DNA of 64,000 bases, from positions 29,169 to 93,168 of the forward strand of contig JAUWJD010000009.1 in NCBI GenBank assembly GCA_030607875.1. The letters are read 5' to 3'. This document shows positions 20,301 to 28,286 of this stretch, one piece after another; the first letter of the stretch is position 1, and each line of letters begins with the position of its first letter. The DNA is from Chloroflexota bacterium. Its GTDB lineage: Bacteria; Chloroflexota; Anaerolineae; UBA2200. A model generated the notes under the pieces. It was not told where the DNA came from. It did not search any database and saw only the letters and a list, made by a program, of their open reading frames with translations. Position numbers and translations under genes: made by a program.

Positions 20301-21520
20301 GGGTGCTCCGTGTGCGCTCAGATGCACAGTCCTGGACACTTACGGAGCACTATCTTGCCGCTGGCTTCAAAGGTAAGGACGTCACCATCTATTTCGGCGT
20401 GCTCAACGACGGAGGCGGCGGCATCACAGCGATGTATGTGGATGATGTTTCGCTGCCCATCTGTGGCGTACAGCCAACGCCATTGCCTACCAGCAGCGTG
20501 CCCCGCAGGCAGGCGCTCTTGCCCCTGATTCTCCGAGAGTTCGAGGGGCAGAATCAGCAGGACCGCGCTTCGCCGGCAGGATTGACCGCAGCGATCAGCT
20601 CTGCGGCAAGCGTGCGCACGCTTTGGATGCCCGCCGAGCCGGACGTGTCCCCTGACTTTATCCAGGGTTTGGTGCTCAACCCGACAAACAATCTGCTCTA
20701 CGCCGCAGCGGGCAAAGGCATCTGGGTTCTCAATGTCCAGACGGGCCAAGCCGTAGCGCATATCCCTTTGGAGGCCACAGCGCGTGGCTTGGCCGTGGAT
20801 GTAGCTACCAACCGCATCTATGCCGCTCTCTGGGAGGCAAATGCTTTGGCCGTGATTGACGGTAGTCGAAATGTCTTGTGGAAGATTGTACCAGGCATCC
20901 CGGGAGCGAGCGGCGTGGCTGTAGGCAGAGATCACATCTACGTCACCGCTACCCACAGCGATGAACTGATTGTTGTCGACGGGCAGAACTGTGCTATAAT
21001 TGGGCGCATCGCTGTCGGCGATGCCCCATACGCAGTAGTGTGTGATCGTGGTCGACAGAGAGTCTACGTGGGCAATGCGGGTAGCGATACCGTGTCTATC
21101 GTAGATGGGCGCAAAGGTCTGCAGTTGAGTACTGTGAAGCTCGGTGGTCTGGGACATCCACATGGCTTGGCCCATGATCCGATCCGTGACCGTCTCTACG
21201 TGACCTACGCCCTTTCGCCCAGGTACCGGGCCATCGCAGCCATAGACGCTTCCTCGGGACAGGTGCTGTCCCGCTTGTTGGGCAACGAGAAACGCTCCCT
21301 CTTTGGAGCTTACGCCATTGCGGTTGACCCATTGCGAGGCAGGGTATACACGACAACGGTTGATGAGCTTCTAGTGCTGGCCGGCAGGACACTACGTGTG
21401 GTGGAAAGCGCGCCTGGGCCTGGGCCCACCTACGCTTTCGGTTTGTTTGCCAGTCCACTGGAGGAGCGCCTTTACGTAGCTGACGCACAGCACCGTAGGC
21501 TGGCTGTTGTCAGCAGGTGA
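17345..21520 (+). CDS. Large secreted multidomain protein: DUF11/Ig-like domain, clan GH-A glycoside hydrolase, Thr/Pro linkers, two CBM-like repeats, YncE/YVTN beta-propeller
   Basis: Signal peptide LFVLLLLLLPRWAQA; KSVSP...TYTITLTN...DTLPDGFSY; WNEPN and LTETGY catalytic motifs; two CTDLIV(N/D)GGFE...SMRLGIESG...MYVDDV repeats; propeller repeats LAVDVATNRIYAA, VYVGNAGSDTVSIVDG. Start uncertain (17330-17375). Confidence 0.85.
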   Translation: MKLLAGSMKRMPAQQAPPRPQTPSRCGWKWHVARRFCLFVLLLLLLPRWAQAMDGPQLTLAKSVSPTTVPAGGRVTYTITLTNSGNAAAEDVTIRDTLPDGFSYRHGTSRVTVNGVTVSTADPSVSGHTLTWSGFHLPSGRSDSFYGIHTFVQRHTEPGYLDYQLNRSTELMGSGAYVTQLFDWIDTSWPGPPNWMRDFVSRAYDRWLTPVVRLAAGRGTYWIKPKPDGDGSYTTWAQAFKRVVDGLPRRDGHWLYVQIWNEPNLNEEWEGEANPAEYGRFLVETAAAIRSIGDPHIVILNGPLSPGGEYYYLNYLEDMLSTVPASLWAFDIWASHPYPNNHPPEYNIHDGTANYQDATIDVYQRELEVLARYGRSGLKVLLTETGYALYQADFIFEGYPAINEAIRADYIRRAFRDHWSQWPEVIGVCPYELVDPDGQWWVWDWLLNDGRSHQQYDAVKAMDKSYSPVSSVLQITFQATAATSARIHYNDVSASAANAPAQSITQAAPVTVYVPTPTRTLTPTQTHTPTASPTATSTTTQTSTPMATATHTPEQTWTPTLTLTVTETLTPSETLTITPTPTDMETATVTATPSPTATQTLTLTPTPSATPSPTASPTATPTATITPSPTAVCTDLIVNGGFETTEAWQIPDTPHPAGHTTTRAHTGQRSMRLGIESGSNIRSYSTAWQAIHVPADASDPVLTFWYYPVSADTEGDDQRALILNEQGDVEEWVFLLRSNAQSWTYKEFSLADYRGQTIRVYFGAFNDGLNGVTAMYVDDVAVLVCGVMPTPTVSPTASVTLTPTPTATPTGSATPLPTPTASPTASATPSSTPTATPSHTATSTATQTDTITPSPTTTEMLPPTNTSTATAEPSLTATVTSSPTPGCTDLIVDGGFEWDDEAWLIPDTAYPAGYTTNQAHSDQRSMRLGIESGDNIYSYSTVRQTVHVPANAQEPILRFWYYHVSGDTEHDLQYVLIENENGDSEWVLRVRSDAQSWTLTEHYLAAGFKGKDVTIYFGVLNDGGGGITAMYVDDVSLPICGVQPTPLPTSSVPRRQALLPLILREFEGQNQQDRASPAGLTAAISSAASVRTLWMPAEPDVSPDFIQGLVLNPTNNLLYAAAGKGIWVLNVQTGQAVAHIPLEATARGLAVDVATNRIYAALWEANALAVIDGSRNVLWKIVPGIPGASGVAVGRDHIYVTATHSDELIVVDGQNCAIIGRIAVGDAPYAVVCDRGRQRVYVGNAGSDTVSIVDGRKGLQLSTVKLGGLGHPHGLAHDPIRDRLYVTYALSPRYRAIAAIDASSGQVLSRLLGNEKRSLFGAYAIAVDPLRGRVYTTTVDELLVLAGRTLRVVESAPGPGPTYAFGLFASPLEERLYVADAQHRRLAVVSR

Positions 21521-21533
21521 TCTGAGGCAAACC

Positions 21534-23444
21534 GTGGGTTCAATTGACGAGATCAAAGAACGTCTGGATATCGTGGATGTCATCTCCAGCTACATTCCGC
21601 TGAAGAAGGCAGGGCACAACTACAAAGCCTTGTGCCCATTCCACAGCGAGAAAACGCCGTCTTTTGTCGTCTTTCCGGATACGCAAACCTGGCATTGCTT
21701 TGGCGCTTGCAGTACCGGGGGAGACGTATTCAACTTTGTCATGCGCCATGAGAACATAGAGTTCGGTGAGGCGCTGCGCCTGCTGGCTGAGCGGGCTGGA
21801 GTGTCTCTTGAGCCACGTCGTGAAGGAGCGCAGGCAGAAGCCAAGCTCAAGGACCGCTTGCGCAAGATCAATGCTCTGGCTGCAGAGTATTTCCACTATC
21901 TCCTGCTGCAATCACCGCAAGGGGCACTGGCCAGGGACTATCTGGTCAAGCGGGGCATCTCTGAGGAAACGCGCAAACGCTTTCGATTGGGGTATGCACG
22001 CGATGACTGGGAGGCTCTGGGCAACCACCTGACCAGCAAGGGTTACTCCTGGCCAGACTTACAGGAGGCCGGGTTGGTAGTGGCGCGCGAAGGTGGTGGT
22101 TACTACGACCGTTTCCGTGGCCGGCTTGTCTTTCCCATACGGGACAGAGGCGGGTACGTTGTGGGCTTCGGAGCACGGGCGCTTGACGATTCGCTGCCCA
22201 AGTATCTGAATTCGTCACAGACAGCCATTTTCGACAAGAGCGCGGTGCTCTACGGGATCGACCAGGCCAAGAAGGCAGTTCGCGAACAGGGCTTTGCTGT
22301 CATCGTCGAGGGCTACATGGATGTGCTCATGGCGCACCAGTATGGACGCAACAACGTGGTAGCCTCTATGGGCACAGCACTGACCGAGAAGCAAATTCGT
22401 GTCATCAAGAAACTGTCCAAGAAACTGGTTCTGGCCCTCGACGCAGACGCGGCTGGCGACCAGGCGACGCTGCGGGGGCTAGAACGGGCCAAGGAGACCT
22501 TTGACCACCGTGCAGTGCCAGTGCCAACAGCGCGGGGGCTGATTCGCTATGAGAATCAGCTCGATGCAGAGATACGGGTGGCGACACTGCCCAGCGGCCT
22601 GGATCCTGATGAGGTGATAAAGGAAGACGTCGCCACGTGGGATGCTCTGATTGACCAAGCTCTGCCTGTGGTAGAATACTACCTGCAAGCAGTGATATCC
22701 AAGTTTGATCTCCATTCGCCCAAAGCAAAAGTCGCAGCAGCAAGAGAGGTATTGCCGCTGATCAAGGAAATTGGCAGTGCAGTGGAGCGCTCTCACTACC
22801 TGCAAAAGCTGGCCCGCATGTTGCGCGTCGATGAACGCGCCTTGCAGCAAGAAATGCAAAGCAAGGCGATGGCGCAGCGTAGCCCCCAAGCTGCAGAGCG
22901 GTATGGGCGGCTGTCCGCTCAGCCTGGCCTGACTTTTGGTTTGGAACGGTACATGCTCCTGCTGTTGCTCAAGCGTCCGGAGTTGCTGGCTTCCATGAAC
23001 GCTCTGCTCGACGGCCTGGAGCTAGAGCCATTGGCCGGTGAAGACTTTGGTACAGTGGAGGAAAGGGCTCTGTTCGAGTTCCTCAGCGCCCATATTGCAC
23101 AGCACGAGGGCCTGGATGTGGACGTGCTACGCCAGGAGGTAGAAGCCTCCCTAGGCCAAGCACTTGACAGCGTGTTGAGCTTGATGGAAAGCATTGCTTT
23201 TCTGTCTGATGAGCAAGCGGAGTTGGATGCTTCCAGGTGTGTTCTGCGGCTAAGGGAATCGCGCCTGCGCCGCCACAGTGAGAAGCTTGGTCATCTGCAG
23301 CAGGATGCGCGTGCCCAAAACGATGGCGATGCCGTGAAGCAATGGGGACAGATGGTGAACGGTCTGACCAGGCAGTTGGTCCGTGTGCAAAGAGAAGAGG
23401 CAGCGCACACATCCTTGAGGAGTTCGCGTCTAGAGACATCATAG
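21534..23444 (+). CDS. dnaG: DNA primase
   Basis: CPFHSEKTPSF...WHCFGAC zinc finger, DRFRGRLVFPI, KYLNS, VEGYMDV, LDADAAG TOPRIM; GTG start. Confidence 0.96.
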   Translation: MGSIDEIKERLDIVDVISSYIPLKKAGHNYKALCPFHSEKTPSFVVFPDTQTWHCFGACSTGGDVFNFVMRHENIEFGEALRLLAERAGVSLEPRREGAQAEAKLKDRLRKINALAAEYFHYLLLQSPQGALARDYLVKRGISEETRKRFRLGYARDDWEALGNHLTSKGYSWPDLQEAGLVVAREGGGYYDRFRGRLVFPIRDRGGYVVGFGARALDDSLPKYLNSSQTAIFDKSAVLYGIDQAKKAVREQGFAVIVEGYMDVLMAHQYGRNNVVASMGTALTEKQIRVIKKLSKKLVLALDADAAGDQATLRGLERAKETFDHRAVPVPTARGLIRYENQLDAEIRVATLPSGLDPDEVIKEDVATWDALIDQALPVVEYYLQAVISKFDLHSPKAKVAAAREVLPLIKEIGSAVERSHYLQKLARMLRVDERALQQEMQSKAMAQRSPQAAERYGRLSAQPGLTFGLERYMLLLLLKRPELLASMNALLDGLELEPLAGEDFGTVEERALFEFLSAHIAQHEGLDVDVLRQEVEASLGQALDSVLSLMESIAFLSDEQAELDASRCVLRLRESRLRRHSEKLGHLQQDARAQNDGDAVKQWGQMVNGLTRQLVRVQREEAAHTSLRSSRLETS

Positions 23445-23462
23445 TACCCCTGGGGGCTGATA

Positions 23463-24710
23463 ATGGTCACGGCAGATGACCGGGAAGAGAAGAAGGATCA
23501 ACTAGTTACCAAAGGGCTGCAGCAAAAGTTCGTCACGCAGCAGGATATTGACGATCTCTTTCCAGATGCTGGTGACGCGGAAGAACGCACTGCTTTGTAC
23601 AGTGCCTTTCAAGAGATGGGCATCGCCATCCTGAAGGCCGAACCAGGAGAAGAGATTGAGGCTCCACCTGCTGAGCCAGAGGTGCCCAAAGCGCCACCCC
23701 CGCCCAGCGATCAGGTTCTGCTCGATGACCCCGTACGCATGTATCTGCGCGAAATCGGTCGGGTGCCCCTTCTGAATGCCGAAGAAGAGATCTTGCTAGC
23801 ACAAGCGATCCAACGTGGCAAAGAAGCAGGCACCAGACTTCATGAAGGCCAGCTCGAGCTAAGGACTAGACGATCGCTGGAAGAAGAGGTACGAAGGGGT
23901 GAACTGGCTCAGTGCCGCATGGTCGAGTCCAACCTACGCCTGGTGGTCAGCGTAGCCAAGAGGTACATGGGTAGGAGCCTGTCTTTCCTCGATCTGATCC
24001 AAGAAGGCAACATCGGCTTGTTGCAGGCAGTGCAAAAGTTCGATCCAACCAGGGGGTTCAAGTTTAGCACCTATGGGACGTGGTGGATACGGCAGGCCAT
24101 CAACCGGGCAATTGCCGACCAGGCGCGCACCATACGCCTTCCCGCGCACATGATTGAGACCATTAACCACTTGCTGCGGGCCTCCCGCACATTGACTCAG
24201 GAATTAGGAAGAGAACCCACTCTCAAAGAGATCGCTGTACAGATGGGCGTGCTTTCTTTAGAGGATGCAATGGCCATCAAGGAAGCCGGGAGCGCAGGTA
24301 TGCCGCTCGATCCGGAATTGCGGCACCGCCTGAAAAAGGCCGAGTTCAAGGTGCGCGATATCATGCGTATCCTTCAGGAGCCCATGTCACTGGAAATGCC
24401 TGTCGGCACTGAGGGGAGCAGTTCATTGGGCGACTTTATTCGGGATGAATCCGTGCGCGGTCCTGCAGACGAGGCCTCGCGGCTCTTGCTCCACGAGCAG
24501 ATGACGGATGTTCTGGACTCCCTCAGTCCCCGTGAAAGGCAGGTGCTCACACTGCGCTTTGGCCTGGATGGAGGCCAAAGTTACACATTGGAAGAAGTGG
24601 GGCGAAAGTTTGGCTTGACACGGGAGCGTGTCAGGCAGATCGAGTCCAAAGCCTTGCGCAAACTACGCCATCCCCTGCGCAGCCGCAAGCTGAAGGACTA
24701 TCTTACCTGA
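23463..24710 (+). CDS. rpoD: Primary-type RNA polymerase sigma70 factor
   Basis: [66 protein letters not shown]; follows dnaG. Confidence 0.92.
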   Translation: MVTADDREEKKDQLVTKGLQQKFVTQQDIDDLFPDAGDAEERTALYSAFQEMGIAILKAEPGEEIEAPPAEPEVPKAPPPPSDQVLLDDPVRMYLREIGRVPLLNAEEEILLAQAIQRGKEAGTRLHEGQLELRTRRSLEEEVRRGELAQCRMVESNLRLVVSVAKRYMGRSLSFLDLIQEGNIGLLQAVQKFDPTRGFKFSTYGTWWIRQAINRAIADQARTIRLPAHMIETINHLLRASRTLTQELGREPTLKEIAVQMGVLSLEDAMAIKEAGSAGMPLDPELRHRLKKAEFKVRDIMRILQEPMSLEMPVGTEGSSSLGDFIRDESVRGPADEASRLLLHEQMTDVLDSLSPRERQVLTLRFGLDGGQSYTLEEVGRKFGLTRERVRQIESKALRKLRHPLRSRKLKDYLT

Positions 24711-24759
24711 GCTATAATGGTTCGGCATCCCAGACACCATGTGAAGAGGAGGCACACAC

Positions 24760-25830
24760 GTGCAAATCAAAGAGTTTCTGAAGAAGCTTTCTGAAGCCAG
24801 CGGTGTGTCCGGATACGAGGCCAGCGTGCGCGAACTGGTGCGCGAAGAGTTCTCCCAGTACGCGGACGAGATACAGGTGGACACCATGGGCAGCCTGATC
24901 GCACTGAAGCGCGGCGAGGCAAAGGACGATCTCCCACGTCGCAGCATCATGCTTGCAGGACACATGGATGAAATCGGCCTGCTGGTCACCAAGTTGGAGA
25001 AAGGCTTTTTGCGTTTTGCCACTGTGGGTGGCTTCGACCTGCGGGTTCTGCTGGCACAGCAAGTCGTGGTTCATGGCCGCCGAGATTTGCCAGGCATTAT
25101 CGCCACGCGGCCCCCACATGTGCTCACACGAGAGGACCGAGAGCAGGTCGTGCCCCTGGACAAGCTGTTCATAGACGTGGGGCTGCCAGAAGATGAATTG
25201 AGCCAGTGGGTACGCGTTGGAGACGTGATCACCATACGCCGCCAGTTCACCGAATTGGCAGGCGACCTGGTGTCCGGCAAGGCCTTCGATGACCGCGCAG
25301 CGGTAGCGTGCATTGGCCATTGCCTGCAGCACCTCACCACACTGAAACACGCCTGGGACGTGTACGCCGTTGCCACAGTGCAGGAGGAGGTCGGGCTGAA
25401 AGGGGCCTTAACCAGTACCTTCGGCATCGCGCCCGATATCGGTATTGCCATAGACGTCGGCCATGGTAACATGCTGGGTGTCTCTGAAATGGATACGGTG
25501 AAAGTTGGGGGTGGGCCAGCCATTGGCTTCGGGCCCAACATCCACCCGCTAATGTACTCCCGCCTGGTGGAAACCGCCAAGTCCTATGAGATTGCTCACC
25601 AGACCGATCCCATCCCAGGCAGGAGCGGCACAGATGCCTGGGCTATGCAGGTGACGCGCGAGGGCATCCCCACCGCCCTGATCTCCATACCGCTGCGCTA
25701 CATGCACACCAGCGTCGAGACGCTTTCACTGAAGGATCTGGAGCGCATTGGTCGGCTGCTGGCCCTTTTCATCGCTAATCTGGAAGAGGCGTTTGCTGAA
25801 GAACTTGGCCTGAAGAAAGCCCACACATAG
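24760..25830 (+). CDS. M42 family (TET/FrvX-like) aminopeptidase #1
   Basis: GHMDEIG, GKAFDDR, QEEVGLKGA, IAIDV, GTDA, RYMHT. Confidence 0.93.
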   Translation: MQIKEFLKKLSEASGVSGYEASVRELVREEFSQYADEIQVDTMGSLIALKRGEAKDDLPRRSIMLAGHMDEIGLLVTKLEKGFLRFATVGGFDLRVLLAQQVVVHGRRDLPGIIATRPPHVLTREDREQVVPLDKLFIDVGLPEDELSQWVRVGDVITIRRQFTELAGDLVSGKAFDDRAAVACIGHCLQHLTTLKHAWDVYAVATVQEEVGLKGALTSTFGIAPDIGIAIDVGHGNMLGVSEMDTVKVGGGPAIGFGPNIHPLMYSRLVETAKSYEIAHQTDPIPGRSGTDAWAMQVTREGIPTALISIPLRYMHTSVETLSLKDLERIGRLLALFIANLEEAFAEELGLKKAHT

Positions 25831-25913
25831 ATACTGTGAGGGATGTGCGAAGCACCCCCGAAGCGAAAGGGACTGAACTGCGTCGCACATCGAGTGAGTG
25901 GAGGAGGAAGCCA

Positions 25914-26948
25914 TTGTTGTTGAAAGAACTCTCTGAAGCATTCGGTGTATCCGGTCACGAAGACGCAGTTCGGCAGTTGATCCTGGATGCAATCAAAGAC
26001 CGGGTGGATGAATACAACGTTGACGCCTTGGGCAATCTGATTGCCTTGAAAAGGGGCACTGGTCCATCACAGCACAAAGTCATGGTTGCTGCGCACATGG
26101 ATGAAGTGGGCCTGATGATCTTGCACATTGAGAAAGAAGGCTCGTTGCGCTTTCACCCCGTTGGCGGCATTGACCCGCGTGTCCTGCTGGCCAAGAAGGT
26201 ACTGATCGGCGATGACAAGGTGCCGGGCGTGATCGGCATGAAACCCATTCACCTGTTGGAGCCCAAGGAACGCCAACGAGTAGTCAAGGACCAAGAGCTG
26301 CACATCGACATCGGTACGTCGAGCAAGGAAGAAACCGAGAAACTGGTCAAAATCGGCGACTATGCTGCCTTCGACATCTCCTTCCGCGAACTGGGCGGCG
26401 AACTGCGCACAGTGAAGGGCAAGGCTTTTGATGACCGCGTCGGCTGCGCTGTGCTGGTCGAGTTGTTGCGCACGAGTTACCCCGTTGACCTCTACGCTGC
26501 CTTCACCGTGCAGGAGGAAGTCGGGCTGCGTGGAGCCCGAGTGGCGGCCTATTCCATTGCACCTGACTTGGCCTTCGCGCTGGAAGGTACGATCTGCGAT
26601 GACCTGCCGAAGAAGCGGGACATCAGCCCCACAACGAAGCTAGGGGCGGGGCCAGCGATCACCATCATGGACCGCTCCGTCATAGCCGACCGTCGTCTGG
26701 TGCAACTGTTGGTCGATACGGCAGAGAAGAATGGCATCCCCTATCAGTTCAAGCAGCCCGGGCTGGGCGGCACAGACGCAGGAGCCATTCACCTCTCGCG
26801 CGAGGGAGTCCCCTCCGTGGTCGTGTCTGTGCCGGCACGTTACATCCACTCGCCAGCCTGCTTGCTGAGTCTCAACGATTTCGATAACACCGTGCGCTTG
26901 ATGCGCGAGAGCCTGGCCAAAGTGAACGAACTGGATCTGAGCCGTTAG
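25914..26948 (+). CDS. M42 family aminopeptidase #2
   Basis: AHMDEVG, GKAFDDR, QEEVGLRGA, GGTDA, RYIHS; TTG start after GGAGGAGG. Confidence 0.93.
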   Translation: MLLKELSEAFGVSGHEDAVRQLILDAIKDRVDEYNVDALGNLIALKRGTGPSQHKVMVAAHMDEVGLMILHIEKEGSLRFHPVGGIDPRVLLAKKVLIGDDKVPGVIGMKPIHLLEPKERQRVVKDQELHIDIGTSSKEETEKLVKIGDYAAFDISFRELGGELRTVKGKAFDDRVGCAVLVELLRTSYPVDLYAAFTVQEEVGLRGARVAAYSIAPDLAFALEGTICDDLPKKRDISPTTKLGAGPAITIMDRSVIADRRLVQLLVDTAEKNGIPYQFKQPGLGGTDAGAIHLSREGVPSVVVSVPARYIHSPACLLSLNDFDNTVRLMRESLAKVNELDLSR

Positions 26949-26955
26949 CCGCAAT

Positions 26956-26988
26956 AGACCCCAAAGGTTTTTGGAACCTTCGGGGTCT
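26956..26988. repeat. 33-bp REP-like palindrome
   Basis: agaccccaaaggtt-tttgg-aaccttcggggtct. Confidence 0.75.
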
Positions 26989-26995
26989 GGAAAGC

Positions 26996-27091
26996 TACAG
27001 AGTACTGCGCCGATCGCCAAACTTGGATAGCCGTTTGCATGCGGCAATTCGATCAATGAGGTTTAGCCACCTTCGGTGCACAAAGCAGTAG
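26996..27091 (+). mobile_element. MITE-like element, copy A
   Basis: TA|CAGAGTACTGCGCCGA...CCAAAC ... GTTTAGCCACCTTCGGTGCACAAAGCAG|TA; imperfect ~30-bp terminal inverted repeats. Confidence 0.7.
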
Positions 27092-27108
27092 AACAGGAGG
27101 CATTTCTA

Positions 27109-28116
27109 GTGAAAGAACTCATCAAGGAACTGACCGAAGCGTTCGGCCCATCGGGCAATGAAGACGCCGTACGTGAAATCATCAAGAAACACGTTGCTGA
27201 GCATGTAGACGAGGTACGGGTAGACCCGCTGGGCAACTTGATCACTCTGAAGAAAGGCAAGCCCAAGAGCGGTGTGCAGTCACGCAAGATCATGCTCGCT
27301 GCACACATGGACGAAATCGGCGTGATCATCAGCTACGTGGACGACAAGGGCTTCCTGCGCTTCACTAGAGTTGGTGGAGTGTTTCCGCTTACTTTGTTAG
27401 GAAGCCGGGTGGTCTTTGCCGATGGCAGCACCGGGGTCATCGGACGCGAGAAGCCAGAGAAACGCGACGAGTTTCCGCGCATGGATAAGATGTACATCGA
27501 CGTGGGGGCTGTAGACAAAGAGCACCTGAATAGAAAGGTTGGCGACGTGGCCGCTTTCGTCCGGCCGTTTGTTGACCTGGGACAGCGTCTGACGGCCAAA
27601 GCCTTCGATGACCGCATCGGCTGCGCGATACTGCTGCAGACCGCGTTGGAGCTGAAGACAACACCACACGATGTCTACTTCGTTTTCACTGTGCAGGAAG
27701 AGGTAGGGCTGCGAGGCGCGCTGACCTCCGCTTTTGGCGTGGAGCCAGATGTGGCCATCGCTGTGGACGTCACGCTGACCGGCGATACGCCGGAAGCACA
27801 CCCCATGGCCGTCTCCCTCGGTGCCGGGCCGGCCATCAAGGTCAAAGACCGCGGCATGCTCGCCCACTCCGGCGTGAAGAATTGGATGGCCAATACCGCT
27901 GAGCGTCTGGGGGTGCCCTATCAGTTCGAGGTTCTGGAGGGAGGCACCACCGATGCCATGGCCATCCAGACATCGCGTGCTGGCGTCGCTGCAGGTGTGC
28001 TATCCATCCCCTGCCGCTATGTGCACAGCCCATCGGAGATGGTGGACTATGACGATGTGCAAAACGCGGTGAAACTGCTCGTCGGACTGTTGAGTGGGCC
28101 AGTCGACCTAGGCTGA
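27109..28116 (+). CDS. M42 family aminopeptidase #3
   Basis: AHMDEIG, AKAFDDR, QEEVGLRGA, GGTTDA, RYVHS; GTG start after AGGAGG. Confidence 0.93.
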   Translation: MKELIKELTEAFGPSGNEDAVREIIKKHVAEHVDEVRVDPLGNLITLKKGKPKSGVQSRKIMLAAHMDEIGVIISYVDDKGFLRFTRVGGVFPLTLLGSRVVFADGSTGVIGREKPEKRDEFPRMDKMYIDVGAVDKEHLNRKVGDVAAFVRPFVDLGQRLTAKAFDDRIGCAILLQTALELKTTPHDVYFVFTVQEEVGLRGALTSAFGVEPDVAIAVDVTLTGDTPEAHPMAVSLGAGPAIKVKDRGMLAHSGVKNWMANTAERLGVPYQFEVLEGGTTDAMAIQTSRAGVAAGVLSIPCRYVHSPSEMVDYDDVQNAVKLLVGLLSGPVDLG

Positions 28117-28144
28117 GACAGGCAACGAATAGATACCCTGTGTG

Positions 28145-28173
28145 AAAAAGCCCCGCCCGCATGGGCGGGGCTT
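28145..28173 (-). terminator. Rho-independent terminator for the minus-strand permease-fusion operon
   Basis: Minus strand aagccccgccc-atgc-gggcggggctt-ttt. Confidence 0.75.
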
Positions 28174-28286
28174 GGCCGTGTCTCCGTGTCCTCAGGCAAG
28201 CGGGTGCCCACATCACGCTGCCAGAAGCAAATGCATTCCCTGCCAAGCCCTAGCCGTCACCCTACCTGGGAACAGGCGGACACCGC

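Noticed and set aside
28148..28173. Palindrome resembling an IS200/IS605 end
   Set aside because: No tnpA/tnpB nearby; the T tract on the minus strand makes a terminator the simpler explanation
28174..28286. GC-rich intergenic stretch as a possible ncRNA (6S or riboswitch)
   Set aside because: Only short local stems; no convincing match to an RNA family I can recognise, and it lies in a 3' UTR. An Rfam scan would settle it
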